A stretch of 35,624 nt of DNA, taken from IMG/VR virus record IMGVR_UViG_3300008970_000004; one strand, 5' to 3'. The notes below the pieces were generated by a model that searched no databases, had not been told where the DNA came from, and was given only the letters and a program-made list of their open reading frames with translations. This DNA comes from a virus. This document shows, in pieces, positions 25,245 to 32,957 of the stretch. The position numbers and the translations under genes are program-made. Positions within the stretch are counted from its first letter, which is position 1. Each line of letters opens with the position of its first letter.

Positions 25245-25441
25245 AATTGCACGCTTTCTGTAGTTTTTCCCACTACTTATTTTTGTGATAGAAAATCTTA
25301 CATAACCGCTAGAACTGTAAGATTTTTTATCTTTTTTAGTTATGCTTACTTTTTAGCGTTATTGCGCTATCAAGTGCGGTTTTCACTCATTTAAATAATA
25401 AAAATAATTTACAGTAACCCAAATTCCCGTTAAATCACTCT
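25245..25441 (-). repeat. Intergenic regulatory repeat R1 (homologous to 28044..28243)
   Basis: Blocks shared with R2: aaatcttacataacc, ctatcaag(t)gcggt, aaaataatttac(a/c)gta, aattcccgttaa, aatcactc. Contains a perfect 11-bp inverted repeat, 25292..25302 with 25316..25326. Confidence 0.7.
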
Positions 25442-26049
25442 TTTTTGGGTTCTAAAACATAGACAATTTGCTTGATGATTTCACTGTGTTGATACACTGT
25501 ATAAACCCTTACTCGATCACCTAGATTAAGAGCTGTATCTTCAGCTTCTGAACTGAGTCCGAGTGCAGCAGCATGACCGGCAACATAGCCTTCACAAATC
25601 TCTTCAGAAGTGATTTCGTCAGCTAGATAATCTTCAGTACCAGGAACTGCATCTAGATTTCCAAGTTCATCAACAAGCGCTTCACATGTAAAAATACTGA
25701 ATACACAATTACTACATAAATCATCTGTCACCCAGTGGCAACCACCAGGACATGCATGGTCCGAAGAGCATCCACAAACCTTGCAGAATCTAGGATCCTT
25801 ATCAAATAGAGCTTCTTCTTTTTCGAGCTCACCTTCTTTGATGATCTCGTATACATCTTTAGCATATGGTTCATCTTTGTTAACAACTAAATAGGATTGT
25901 CTGATTTTCTTACCTTGTTCATAACGCTTGTCTTCGATCTTCTGCATGATGTTAGCAAGCTGCAATGCTTCTTCAGCTGTAATAAGTGTCAGAACATCTG
26001 CTCTCTTAATGACGATGTGTGTGTTTGGTTTTTCTTTAAATTTACTCAT
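25435..26049 (-). CDS. Hypothetical protein with a Cys-rich putative metal-binding domain
   Basis: 204 aa. Contains CKVCGCSSDHACPGGCHWVTDDLCSNC. Confidence 0.6.
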   Translation of the reverse strand: MSKFKEKPNTHIVIKRADVLTLITAEEALQLANIMQKIEDKRYEQGKKIRQSYLVVNKDEPYAKDVYEIIKEGELEKEEALFDKDPRFCKVCGCSSDHACPGGCHWVTDDLCSNCVFSIFTCEALVDELGNLDAVPGTEDYLADEITSEEICEGYVAGHAAALGLSSEAEDTALNLGDRVRVYTVYQHSEIIKQIVYVLEPKKE

Positions 26050-26093
26050 AGTTCATTTATGGTCAACTGGTGACCTTCCTCATTTCTTCTAAA

Positions 26094-26378
26094 TTAATCA
26101 ACTGTAACAGTCGCATTGTATTCTTCCCAACCAAAAATATCAGGTATTATTTTTTTGTAAAATTTTCTCATGTGTGGTTCGTTTTTATAATGAACGAAAA
26201 ACTCACGTATTTGTTCCATTTGTATATCAGTGATTTTTTTATCACCTACTCCATTACTTCTTTTTTCTTTAATAATGTAAAGTTTGTCATCTCTTAATTC
26301 AGCAAGTAGTACAACAGTTTCATCATAATAACCAACATCTAAAGCAATAGCATAGTGAGTGTTTGGTTTTTCAATCAT
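26094..26378 (-). CDS. Hypothetical protein
   Basis: 94-aa ORF. The N-terminus MIEKPNTH shares EKPNTH and 14 identical nucleotides with the N-terminus of the next gene downstream. Confidence 0.55.
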   Translation of the reverse strand: MIEKPNTHYAIALDVGYYDETVVLLAELRDDKLYIIKEKRSNGVGDKKITDIQMEQIREFFVHYKNEPHMRKFYKKIIPDIFGWEEYNATVTVD

Positions 26379-26651
26379 TTAGATTACCCACACAGGAAAT
26401 GCTTTCTTGTATGTTATCTTCTCACCTGTGAAATAATTAGTTTCATTAGTCACATCTGAGTAGCATCCATTAGGGTACTCATCACCACATTTTGGAAACC
26501 AACATACTTGTCCTTCTTCAATATCATCAATGGTCACTGGATCTGCTCCGGATTCTTCATTGTAGATGTCTACAGCTTGTTGCTTTGTGTACTTCTTTTG
26601 ATCGAAGTACCATTGGTCATTATCAAATTCCATGTAGTCAAAGCTTTTCAT
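26379..26651 (-). CDS. Hypothetical protein
   Basis: 90-aa ORF tightly packed with its neighbours. Its stop abuts the next start and its 5' end overlaps the upstream gene by 4 nt. Confidence 0.55.
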   Translation of the reverse strand: MKSFDYMEFDNDQWYFDQKKYTKQQAVDIYNEESGADPVTIDDIEEGQVCWFPKCGDEYPNGCYSDVTNETNYFTGEKITYKKAFPVWVI

Positions 26652-27094
26652 TTTAAAACCTCCATATTGTAATTACTATCAATAAATTTTAGAGTTAATG
26701 TTCTGTTGACTTCGTTACCTAGCTTGCAATAGATTTCTTCGATGTCTTCATGTGTGAAGTTGGTCCCCAAATACTTATTGATGCCATCTAGATACCATTT
26801 TCTCGTGTCTTCGTGACCTTCCTTAAGTGCTGGTCTTGATAACCACTCTAACACCTTACATGCCATACTTTCTTCAGAATATCTAAACCAAGTATGATTA
26901 GTATTTTTTTCTAGTTTGGTCCAGCTCTTAGGTACTTGATTTATGTCAAGACCTTCGATATCGTTGTAGTTCACTTTCGCAAAGTTCCAAATGCGTTCTT
27001 GATAGTCAATTTCAAAACATACTTCTAAAGAGCGATTTACATAGATTCTTCCTTTACCACCGAAGCTTTCAAATAACTTTTTAAGCTTTTCCAT
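26648..27094 (-). CDS. Hypothetical protein
   Basis: 148-aa ORF. Operon-style overlaps on both sides. Confidence 0.55.
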   Translation of the reverse strand: MEKLKKLFESFGGKGRIYVNRSLEVCFEIDYQERIWNFAKVNYNDIEGLDINQVPKSWTKLEKNTNHTWFRYSEESMACKVLEWLSRPALKEGHEDTRKWYLDGINKYLGTNFTHEDIEEIYCKLGNEVNRTLTLKFIDSNYNMEVLK

Positions 27095-27602
27095 GAGACA
27101 CCTCGTAATTCTTAGGTTTGAAGATTGGTATTGATTTAAACCCAGATTCTAAAATGATTACATTGTATGGCCCACTAAAAAGGCCATATGAACACCAGTC
27201 ACATTTTCCATCTTTGTTATGCCTATGGATGCATTCTTGAGGTGATGGTGTTTCATCACCACATTTTGGGCATATAAAGGTATCATATTTTTCCATGAAC
27301 TCTTTTCCTGTTTTAAACACGCCAATAAAATGTTGATCTTTTATATTAATATCTGGGAAGTTAGCTCTTTGATAGTAATTTGGCCATGAGTAATCACGTT
27401 TTTGTTCCATTAGAGTAATCACTTCATCAGGTGTCATACTGAATGCTTTAGCATAATCATTAACCATATTTTCAATCCAAATTATCTCATCTTTAAAACG
27501 ATCATTTGTATTCCATGATGTGTCATTTTTAAATTTTAATAGTACCTCTTGTAGTGTCATAGTTGTACCTAAACTAGTTTTTTTTACTTTTTGTATTTCC
27601 AT
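27081..27602 (-). CDS. Hypothetical protein with a CPKCG...CDWC Cys motif
   Basis: 173-aa ORF. The start is preceded by motif copy A, which includes AAGGAG 9 nt upstream. Confidence 0.6.
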   Translation of the reverse strand: MEIQKVKKTSLGTTMTLQEVLLKFKNDTSWNTNDRFKDEIIWIENMVNDYAKAFSMTPDEVITLMEQKRDYSWPNYYQRANFPDINIKDQHFIGVFKTGKEFMEKYDTFICPKCGDETPSPQECIHRHNKDGKCDWCSYGLFSGPYNVIILESGFKSIPIFKPKNYEVSHGKA

Positions 27603-27613
27603 TTTTTGAGTCT

Positions 27614-27626
27614 CCTTTGCTCTGGA
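27614..27626 (-). repeat. Early-gene leader motif, copy A (TCCAGAGCAAAGG, one extra A)
   Basis: The minus strand reads TAA AAACTATCCAGAGCAAAGGAGACTCAAAAA ATG. It is intergenic and fused to the SD of 27081..27602. Confidence 0.7.
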
Positions 27627-27632
27627 TAGTTT

Positions 27633-28043
27633 TTAATATGTTGAACTTATGAAAATGATATTTGGATCCTTTGTATAAGTGATGCTCCAACCTTGCTTTA
27701 TCCAATTTGATATTGCCAGGTCCTTATGAGTCACACTTCTCAAATCTTGTTTAAAACTGATTGTTTGTTTTGCTTTCACGACTACTGGTAAAAGATTTGA
27801 TGATCCTTGATTATTGATTTTATGATGCAGCGTTCTAGACTGCCATTCCTCACAAAATGATTTACCAGTATTTGCGTGATTCCGAATAACTGCAGCTTGA
27901 TATCCTAAACCCTTGACTGAGATGATCGTGTCATTTTCATCAACTTTGATAGTTGCGAACTTATCTCTACCAAGGTCGATGTAATACTCGTTTTTTAACT
28001 TGTTGAATGATATGAGTTGGAATAATTGGAGCTGTTTTGCCAC
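27633..28043 (-). CDS. Hypothetical protein (GTG start)
   Basis: 136-aa ORF. The GTG at 28043 is preceded by AAGGTG with 7-nt spacing. It is the first gene after repeat R2. Confidence 0.5.
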   Translation of the reverse strand: MAKQLQLFQLISFNKLKNEYYIDLGRDKFATIKVDENDTIISVKGLGYQAAVIRNHANTGKSFCEEWQSRTLHHKINNQGSSNLLPVVVKAKQTISFKQDLRSVTHKDLAISNWIKQGWSITYTKDPNIIFISSTY

Positions 28044-28243
28044 TTGGATACACCTTTTTTCTTTAGTCGATAAATCTTACATAACCCCTAAATCTGTCAA
28101 TTTTTTTGTGTTGCTTTAAATCTTTAAATCGTTCGCACTATCAAGCGGTCAATTGCGTTTTTTTGGTTCTCTACTTTCTAAAATAATTTACCGTAGAGTT
28201 AATTCCCGTTAATTCCGTTAATTTGGTGTGTTTTAATCACTCA
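28044..28243 (-). repeat. Intergenic regulatory repeat R2 (homologous to 25245..25441), with a promoter-like TTGACA
   Basis: The minus strand reads TTGACA (28100..28095), then 15 nt, then TAAGAT. It also has tandem AATTAACGG(G)A and shares blocks with R1. Confidence 0.65.
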
Positions 28244-28641
28244 ATAAATGTGAGCTGAGGTGGAATATCATCAGGTAAATTCCCAGCCCAAACGAAACTG
28301 TTTTGAGTGATGTAGTTGTTATAGTTTGAAACAATGTTGTTTGCTGCAATCTTGGCACTGATAGCATACTGGTACTCGTTACTATCGTTTGCAAAATCTT
28401 TGTATGTATTCCAGGTTTGGTTGTAGGCATTATAGTTCGAAATCATTGCTCTAGCTGTATCTTCAACCATACGTCTGTTTTCATAGTCAATTTCTTGATC
28501 GATTACATCACGTTGAAAGTAAAACTCATTCCACCAGGATCGATACGTTAGATTGAACTTGAACATCAATCCATGAACGATCAATATTAAAACGATAAGT
28601 GAAGCAATGGTGATGAAGATTCCTAAAAATACTTTTTTCAT
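28237..28641 (-). CDS. Membrane-anchored protein (N-terminal TM/signal anchor)
   Basis: The ORF extends to 28662, but the ATG at 28641 (MKKVFLGIFITIASLIVLILIV...) starts 1 nt after the upstream stop and gives a canonical signal-anchor N-terminus. Confidence 0.6.
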   Translation of the reverse strand: MKKVFLGIFITIASLIVLILIVHGLMFKFNLTYRSWWNEFYFQRDVIDQEIDYENRRMVEDTARAMISNYNAYNQTWNTYKDFANDSNEYQYAISAKIAANNIVSNYNNYITQNSFVWAGNLPDDIPPQLTFIE

Positions 28642-28642
28642 T

Positions 28643-29200
28643 TTATTCACCATCTGTTTCAATAATCACAACCGGATTATCAACACTGATAAATAGATCT
28701 GTATAAAGGTAAGTTCCATTCCATTCAATGTACTTTCCATCCACCGTGAAAAAGAATATTCCATCATCGTTAGATCCATAGGTTCCATCAACATCAGGCA
28801 TTTCTTTTTCTATAACTGCACCGTTCGAGTAGTACTCTTGCCACATGTCAGGTGTCAACCATGAGTTAAGACTGGATACTTTACCTAAAACTGTAAACTG
28901 AGCAACCACTGTGTTTCCTGTAAATAGTACGATATAGCCTAATGGAAGCGGTACAGGGCTCTGTAATGCATTTGACTTATCTCTCATACCATTTACCCAA
29001 TAGAGTCTCTTAATGAGGTTATAACGCTCTAAAGAATAATCAATATCAGTTGGTGTTGGTTGGTTTTCTGCCAACTTGTCACCAAGCTTAAATGTTGCTT
29101 CAATGTCTTTATCTGTTGCACTGTCTTCTAAGCAACCACTCAACATGACTAAACTAATAATTAAAACAAAAACTAATAATACTTTTTTCATACTTTTCAC
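28643..29200 (-). CDS. Lipoprotein
   Basis: 185 aa. Signal peptide MKSMKKVLLVFVLIISLVMLSGC with lipobox L-S-G-C. Confidence 0.75.
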   Translation of the reverse strand: MKSMKKVLLVFVLIISLVMLSGCLEDSATDKDIEATFKLGDKLAENQPTPTDIDYSLERYNLIKRLYWVNGMRDKSNALQSPVPLPLGYIVLFTGNTVVAQFTVLGKVSSLNSWLTPDMWQEYYSNGAVIEKEMPDVDGTYGSNDDGIFFFTVDGKYIEWNGTYLYTDLFISVDNPVVIIETDGE

Positions 29201-29289
29201 TGCTCCCTTTTCTTCATCGGTATTCGATGATACTTTTATTATTTGTGTACACCACCAAGATACATTACGGTTTTTATGAATTGGATCCT

Positions 29290-29625
29290 TTAGGAATTGT
29301 TATCAGGTGGATGATTAATCCAGTACGTATAGGCTTCGTAATAGTTGGCTCGAATGCGTACTAATACTTCAAGTCTTTCAGGATCGTCTCCACTTTCTTC
29401 GAGTACCTGAATCTCAGCATCAATCACTTCAATCAATAGGATGACTGCAAGCACATTTTCATCGATGTACTGGTGCAACGTCTCCGGTGTGATTTGTTCA
29501 AGCTCATTGATCTGGTTTTCTAAGTCATTAAGCCTTGCTTCTTTCTTAATGTCTGAAAAACTGTAATATAGTAAGACAATTACTAATACAATAATGATGG
29601 TCAATAAGTAATTCGTTTTTTTCAT
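29290..29625 (-). CDS. Membrane-anchored protein with a coiled-coil segment
   Basis: 111 aa. N-terminal TM YLLTIIIVLVIVLLYYSF. Its start overlaps the recombinase stop by 4 nt. Confidence 0.6.
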   Translation of the reverse strand: MKKTNYLLTIIIVLVIVLLYYSFSDIKKEARLNDLENQINELEQITPETLHQYIDENVLAVILLIEVIDAEIQVLEESGDDPERLEVLVRIRANYYEAYTYWINHPPDNNS

Positions 29626-30305
29626 TGTTTCTCCTTTTGATTTTTATGAACTCCACCCAGATAAGTGGCTGTTCGATCTCGTTCAGCATCTTCTCTTCCC
29701 CACATGACGTACAGCTGAGAAGTCGCTATATCGTCGTGATTATACATTTTGGATAAGGTTTGCCAGGATCCTTTATTTAGGATATACTGGTAACCGAATG
29801 TCTTTCTTAAACTATGCAGTCCGAACGTATAGGCTATTCCTATCGCTTCGGCTGTTTTACTTAATAAGGAATGCCCTTGTTGCCTAGTGATTGGTAAAGA
29901 ATATACCTTTCCATCCTGCATTGTTTTTTGGCCCATGAACATGTAGTCGTATTGAGTCAAATTGTTTCTTGCAACATAATTCATGATGTCCTGGTGAAAA
30001 TCTTTGTTCATCCGGAAGTTTTGCATCTTTCCGGTTTTGTTTTCTTTGATAGACATGTAACCTTTAATAACATCTGTGACTCTAAGTTGAAGGAGATCCT
30101 CAGCTCGAAATGCTGTATTGAATCCAACTAAACAAAGCATCCAGTTACGATCAGCTTGGTACCTTTTAACCTCCGACTTCGCTTGTTCCCTTTTTTTAAG
30201 TAAATAGAACATGAATCTCTCTATTTCTTGAGGATCCTTAATCGGCATCGTTTGATGCTGGCCACCAAAATACTTAATCCTTCTGCCCATGTCTCGTACC
30301 TTCAA
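29622..30305 (-). CDS. Small tyrosine recombinase (phage-integrase-family catalytic domain)
   Basis: 227 aa. Candidate catalytic residues in the canonical order: R in AFRAEDL, K in KTGK, H-x-x-R in LHSLRKTFG, H in YNHDD, Y in ATSQLY. The N-terminal region is only about 60 aa. Confidence 0.75.
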   Translation of the reverse strand: MKVRDMGRRIKYFGGQHQTMPIKDPQEIERFMFYLLKKREQAKSEVKRYQADRNWMLCLVGFNTAFRAEDLLQLRVTDVIKGYMSIKENKTGKMQNFRMNKDFHQDIMNYVARNNLTQYDYMFMGQKTMQDGKVYSLPITRQQGHSLLSKTAEAIGIAYTFGLHSLRKTFGYQYILNKGSWQTLSKMYNHDDIATSQLYVMWGREDAERDRTATYLGGVHKNQKEKQ

Positions 30306-30531
30306 GGTGTCTTAATGCTGCAGTTATATCGTCATTGCACTGTATATCAATCTTGGTTTTATTACTTGGTTCCCAAACGTACTTTTTCCATTCAGGATCA
30401 TAATACATAATGCCCAATGTTTCTCCATCACGATTTTTGACATAAACCACATAGGTCTTTTTTCTACCTGATGGTGGGTAAGATATGAAACTTAATAACT
30501 TGCTTTTAATCGGTAGTAATTGAGTAATCAT
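30274..30531 (-). CDS. Hypothetical protein
   Basis: 85-aa ORF. Its 3' end overlaps the recombinase start region. Confidence 0.5.
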   Translation of the reverse strand: MITQLLPIKSKLLSFISYPPSGRKKTYVVYVKNRDGETLGIMYYDPEWKKYVWEPSNKTKIDIQCNDDITAALRHLEGTRHGQKD

Positions 30532-30605
30532 CTGTTTGTATTCCTTTCATATTTGAGTTTTAAACGATTTGAATAGGTCATTTGTATTCTTACTGCTATA
30601 AAGCG

Positions 30606-30896
30606 TTAAAACTCTATCTCGCGTAAATACTCAATTACTGACATCTCATCTTGAGGTAGTCCTGAAATCACATACTCGTTGTTTTCATCTAGACCAGCAA
30701 GTTTTCTAATTGCTAGAGTTTGATAAATATCAGCGGATAATGGATGATCGCATGTCTTGAGTTGAACCTTTACAAAATCAGTTCCTTTAAGCTGCAGTAA
30801 CCTTAATGGTTCAGCTGCAAACAAAAGTTTCCAATTTTTCGGGTTAGCGAGATAGAGTTTTCTATCGTTTTGATTTATTAATGTTTTTGTCCCCAT
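30606..30896 (-). CDS. Hypothetical protein (96 aa from MGTKTLINQ...)
   Basis: The track ORF (to 30971) begins with TTG and has no SD. The ATG at 30896 is preceded by AGGGAG 7 nt upstream (motif copy B). Confidence 0.55.
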   Translation of the reverse strand: MGTKTLINQNDRKLYLANPKNWKLLFAAEPLRLLQLKGTDFVKVQLKTCDHPLSADIYQTLAIRKLAGLDENNEYVISGLPQDEMSVIEYLREIEF

Positions 30897-31035
30897 GTGG
30901 TTTCTCCCTTGCTCTGGATACTTTCTTTTCATGGCCACACCAGAAACAGTGTAGCTTGTTTTTGTTTTCAATCATGATCTTTAAATCGTAGTGTCCACAT
31001 TTAGGACACTTTTCAGCTTCTTGATTATCAATCAT
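30862..31035 (-). CDS. Small zinc-ribbon protein (57 aa), absent from the ORF track
   Basis: Translated by hand: MIDNQEAEKCPKCGHYDLKIMIENKNKLHCFWCGHEKKVSRAREKPHGDKNINKSKR. It has two CxxC pairs, RBS AAGGTG 7 nt upstream of the ATG, and starts 12 nt after the upstream stop. Confidence 0.6.
   Translation of the reverse strand: MIDNQEAEKCPKCGHYDLKIMIENKNKLHCFWCGHEKKVSRAREKPHGDKNINKSKR
30907..30918 (-). repeat. Early-gene leader motif, copy B (TCCAGAGCAAGG)
   Basis: The minus strand reads GTATCCAGAGCAAGGGAGAAACCAC ATG. It matches copy D at 21 of 22 positions. Confidence 0.75.
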
Positions 31036-31047
31036 TCATGTGCACCT

Positions 31048-31887
31048 TTAATCCTCTTCAGGAAGTAAGCCATTCAGAAGTTTTCTTTCTTCTTGTTCAA
31101 GACGATTTACGAATTGAACAATTTGTTTGGATGCATAATCAGATAATGCGGATAAGTAGGCATTACGTGCAGAATCAACTTTGTCATAATCATTTATCTC
31201 TTTGTGTTGCTCAAGACCTTTAGATGATTCGGCATCAAACACCTTATCCATATAGTGACTATCTGCAGAATCATTTACTAGAAGTGTTGGTTCTAGTTGT
31301 GGATCTGATTTTACAAAGCCTTTTGAAACACCCTGTTCTTCATGGATACGCTGCTCATCTGGATTTGCTGAAGGTGTCATTACTTTAAATTGTGATTCAA
31401 CTCGATGTAACAACGTTAAGTTGACTCCGAATTTGTTCTTATGGTTACCACGAGAGATAATGTACTTCACTTGGTTTACAGTCAGTTTGAGATGCTCAGC
31501 TGCTGATCTGATTGAACTAAATATTCCTTTAATGTCACCTAATGGGTACAAACGATACTCAATAATATAATCAGTCTTTCTTGACTTGGTTTTTGATGTT
31601 GTTTCCACTTTCTTTTCCTCTCTTATCTGTTTTCCTCTTGTGTAGTTCTTTCGACCTAAAGTACTGCTTCCTAGATCATATGTTCCATCCATGAATGCTG
31701 TCCAAATGGTGTCCAAAGTATCTTCAGATTTGTACCATGGCTTTTCCTTGGCCAAGTCATAAAACTCTCTCTTGAGATCACCACGTGGAATCTTTCCATC
31801 TTTTAATGCTTGATGGTAGTAATTTGCAAATTGTTTGATAGGACTGTTCACACCGCGTATCTGTGGCAGTCTTTCCAAAATATCCAT
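31048..31887 (-). CDS. Hypothetical DNA-binding protein (NUMOD-like segment)
   Basis: 279 aa. YIIEYRLYPLGDIKGIFSSIRSAAEHLKLTVNQVKYIISRGN resembles the nuclease-associated modular DNA-binding motif. No nuclease motif was seen. Confidence 0.45.
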   Translation of the reverse strand: MDILERLPQIRGVNSPIKQFANYYHQALKDGKIPRGDLKREFYDLAKEKPWYKSEDTLDTIWTAFMDGTYDLGSSTLGRKNYTRGKQIREEKKVETTSKTKSRKTDYIIEYRLYPLGDIKGIFSSIRSAAEHLKLTVNQVKYIISRGNHKNKFGVNLTLLHRVESQFKVMTPSANPDEQRIHEEQGVSKGFVKSDPQLEPTLLVNDSADSHYMDKVFDAESSKGLEQHKEINDYDKVDSARNAYLSALSDYASKQIVQFVNRLEQEERKLLNGLLPEED

Positions 31888-31899
31888 AATATCAACCTT

Positions 31900-32445
31900 C
31901 TAAAATGGGATTCCATTTAACCTTTCAATTTCATCAATTTGTTCTTTAGATAAATACATGAATGATTGCGGAGCATGTTTGATATTGATATCTGATAGAC
32001 TAACTTCATTCACAAGTTGAAGATCATTGATTCTCCATGCAAACCCAGAATTTATTGTTCCATAGTCTATTAAGTCTTGTTGTGTTAACTTTAAATCTTG
32101 AAGCAAATCATCAGCTATCCACCTGGTTGGCCAAGCCGGATAAAGTGGTTCTATTGTTTCAAGAGTGAATCTAGCTACAATAGATCCTCTTCCTTCAGTG
32201 ATAAGTCTTAAATGCGTATATGGATTAATCTCTTTAAATATTTCATATCCAAACCACTCATCATACTTGTCACCCCATCTATCATCTGTAACATAGCGTT
32301 GAGTGCCGAATGACTCATAAATGTAAACATGGCACGGTAGATTAATCTTTGGGATCTGTTTTCTAGCTTCTGCAATTTTCTTTCCATCAAGGATTAACTT
32401 TGAGTATTTCCTTTTGATTGGAAGCAATATACCATGTGGAATCAT
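31900..32445 (-). CDS. ASCH-domain-like protein
   Basis: 181 aa. The N-terminus LLPIKRKYSKLILDGKKIAEARK resembles the ASCH/PUA-like signature. Confidence 0.45.
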   Translation of the reverse strand: MIPHGILLPIKRKYSKLILDGKKIAEARKQIPKINLPCHVYIYESFGTQRYVTDDRWGDKYDEWFGYEIFKEINPYTHLRLITEGRGSIVARFTLETIEPLYPAWPTRWIADDLLQDLKLTQQDLIDYGTINSGFAWRINDLQLVNEVSLSDINIKHAPQSFMYLSKEQIDEIERLNGIPF

Positions 32446-32957
32446 TTTGTCACCTTGTCTGAAAAGACATTTTCATGTATAATTACTTTGGTTTCTTCCT
32501 TGCTCTGGAATGAAACACTGAACGCATGCGCCTCCCCAGGTTGTGCGTTCTTTTCTTTTTCACTAAAGTATTCATTAATGTATCCAAGTCTTAATGCAAA
32601 GTCTTTAACACGTCTAATGAACCAATCATTCATATCCCGGTAGCCAGCTCTTCTAAAGTTTGCTTTACACATTAATTTCTTTAGTTTCCTTGGAAGTCTT
32701 ACATGAATATGAAAATGAGGATAATCTTCAGGAATATTAAATCTTGTGTTTGGATTCTTTAACAGCTGCAGTTCTTTACGCTCATAAATCTCTAATCGAT
32801 GCATCCCCAACTGCTCTTCAATTGCTATCATGGTTTCCGGTGTTGGCAGTACTTCATAGTTTTCAATAAGAGATAGAATCATAGGACTTACCTGTAGTTC
32901 GTTTGCCAGATCTGTTTGTCTGAAACCTTTTTTCTTTCTAACGTTCCTTAGTTTCAT
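32442..32957 (-). CDS. XRE-family HTH protein with a C-terminal extension
   Basis: 171 aa. HTH: KKGFRQTDLANELQVSPMILSLIENYEVLPT. Confidence 0.65.
   Translation of the reverse strand: MKLRNVRKKKGFRQTDLANELQVSPMILSLIENYEVLPTPETMIAIEEQLGMHRLEIYERKELQLLKNPNTRFNIPEDYPHFHIHVRLPRKLKKLMCKANFRRAGYRDMNDWFIRRVKDFALRLGYINEYFSEKEKNAQPGEAHAFSVSFQSKEETKVIIHENVFSDKVTK
32498..32509 (-). repeat. Early-gene leader motif, copy D (TCCAGAGCAAGG)
   Basis: The minus strand reads CATTCCAGAGCAAGGAAGAAACCAAAG. It lies inside the 3' end of 32442..32957, about 50 nt upstream of the 32445 start. Confidence 0.7.

Noticed and set aside
1596-32390. Same-strand nested ORFs in alternative frames: 1596..1862, 4532..4777, 7555..7827, 9701..9913, 18077..18301, 21342..21533, 28233..28430 and 32208..32390.
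   Set aside because: Each is fully contained in a longer ORF with a recognisable function or better start context. I saw no SD or motif support.
234-32643. Plus-strand ORFs of 60 to 135 aa nested antisense in minus-strand genes: 234..581, 3919..4161, 6334..6531, 7053..7406, 8192..8440, 9597..9797, 10189..10557, 10636..11043, 11525..11707, 12814..13083, 14062..14280, 14373..14585, 15715..15900, 15961..16311, 18364..18576, 18610..18807, 22042..22352, 22677..22916, 23598..23855, 24490..24690, 26070..26297, 29076..29279, 29928..30131, 30228..30410, 31038..31223 and 32434..32643.
   Set aside because: All lie opposite well-supported genes and have low-complexity, Ser/Leu/Phe-rich translations typical of antisense reading of AT-rich genes. 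I saw no convincing SD sequences, and they break the otherwise uniform minus-strand operon organisation.
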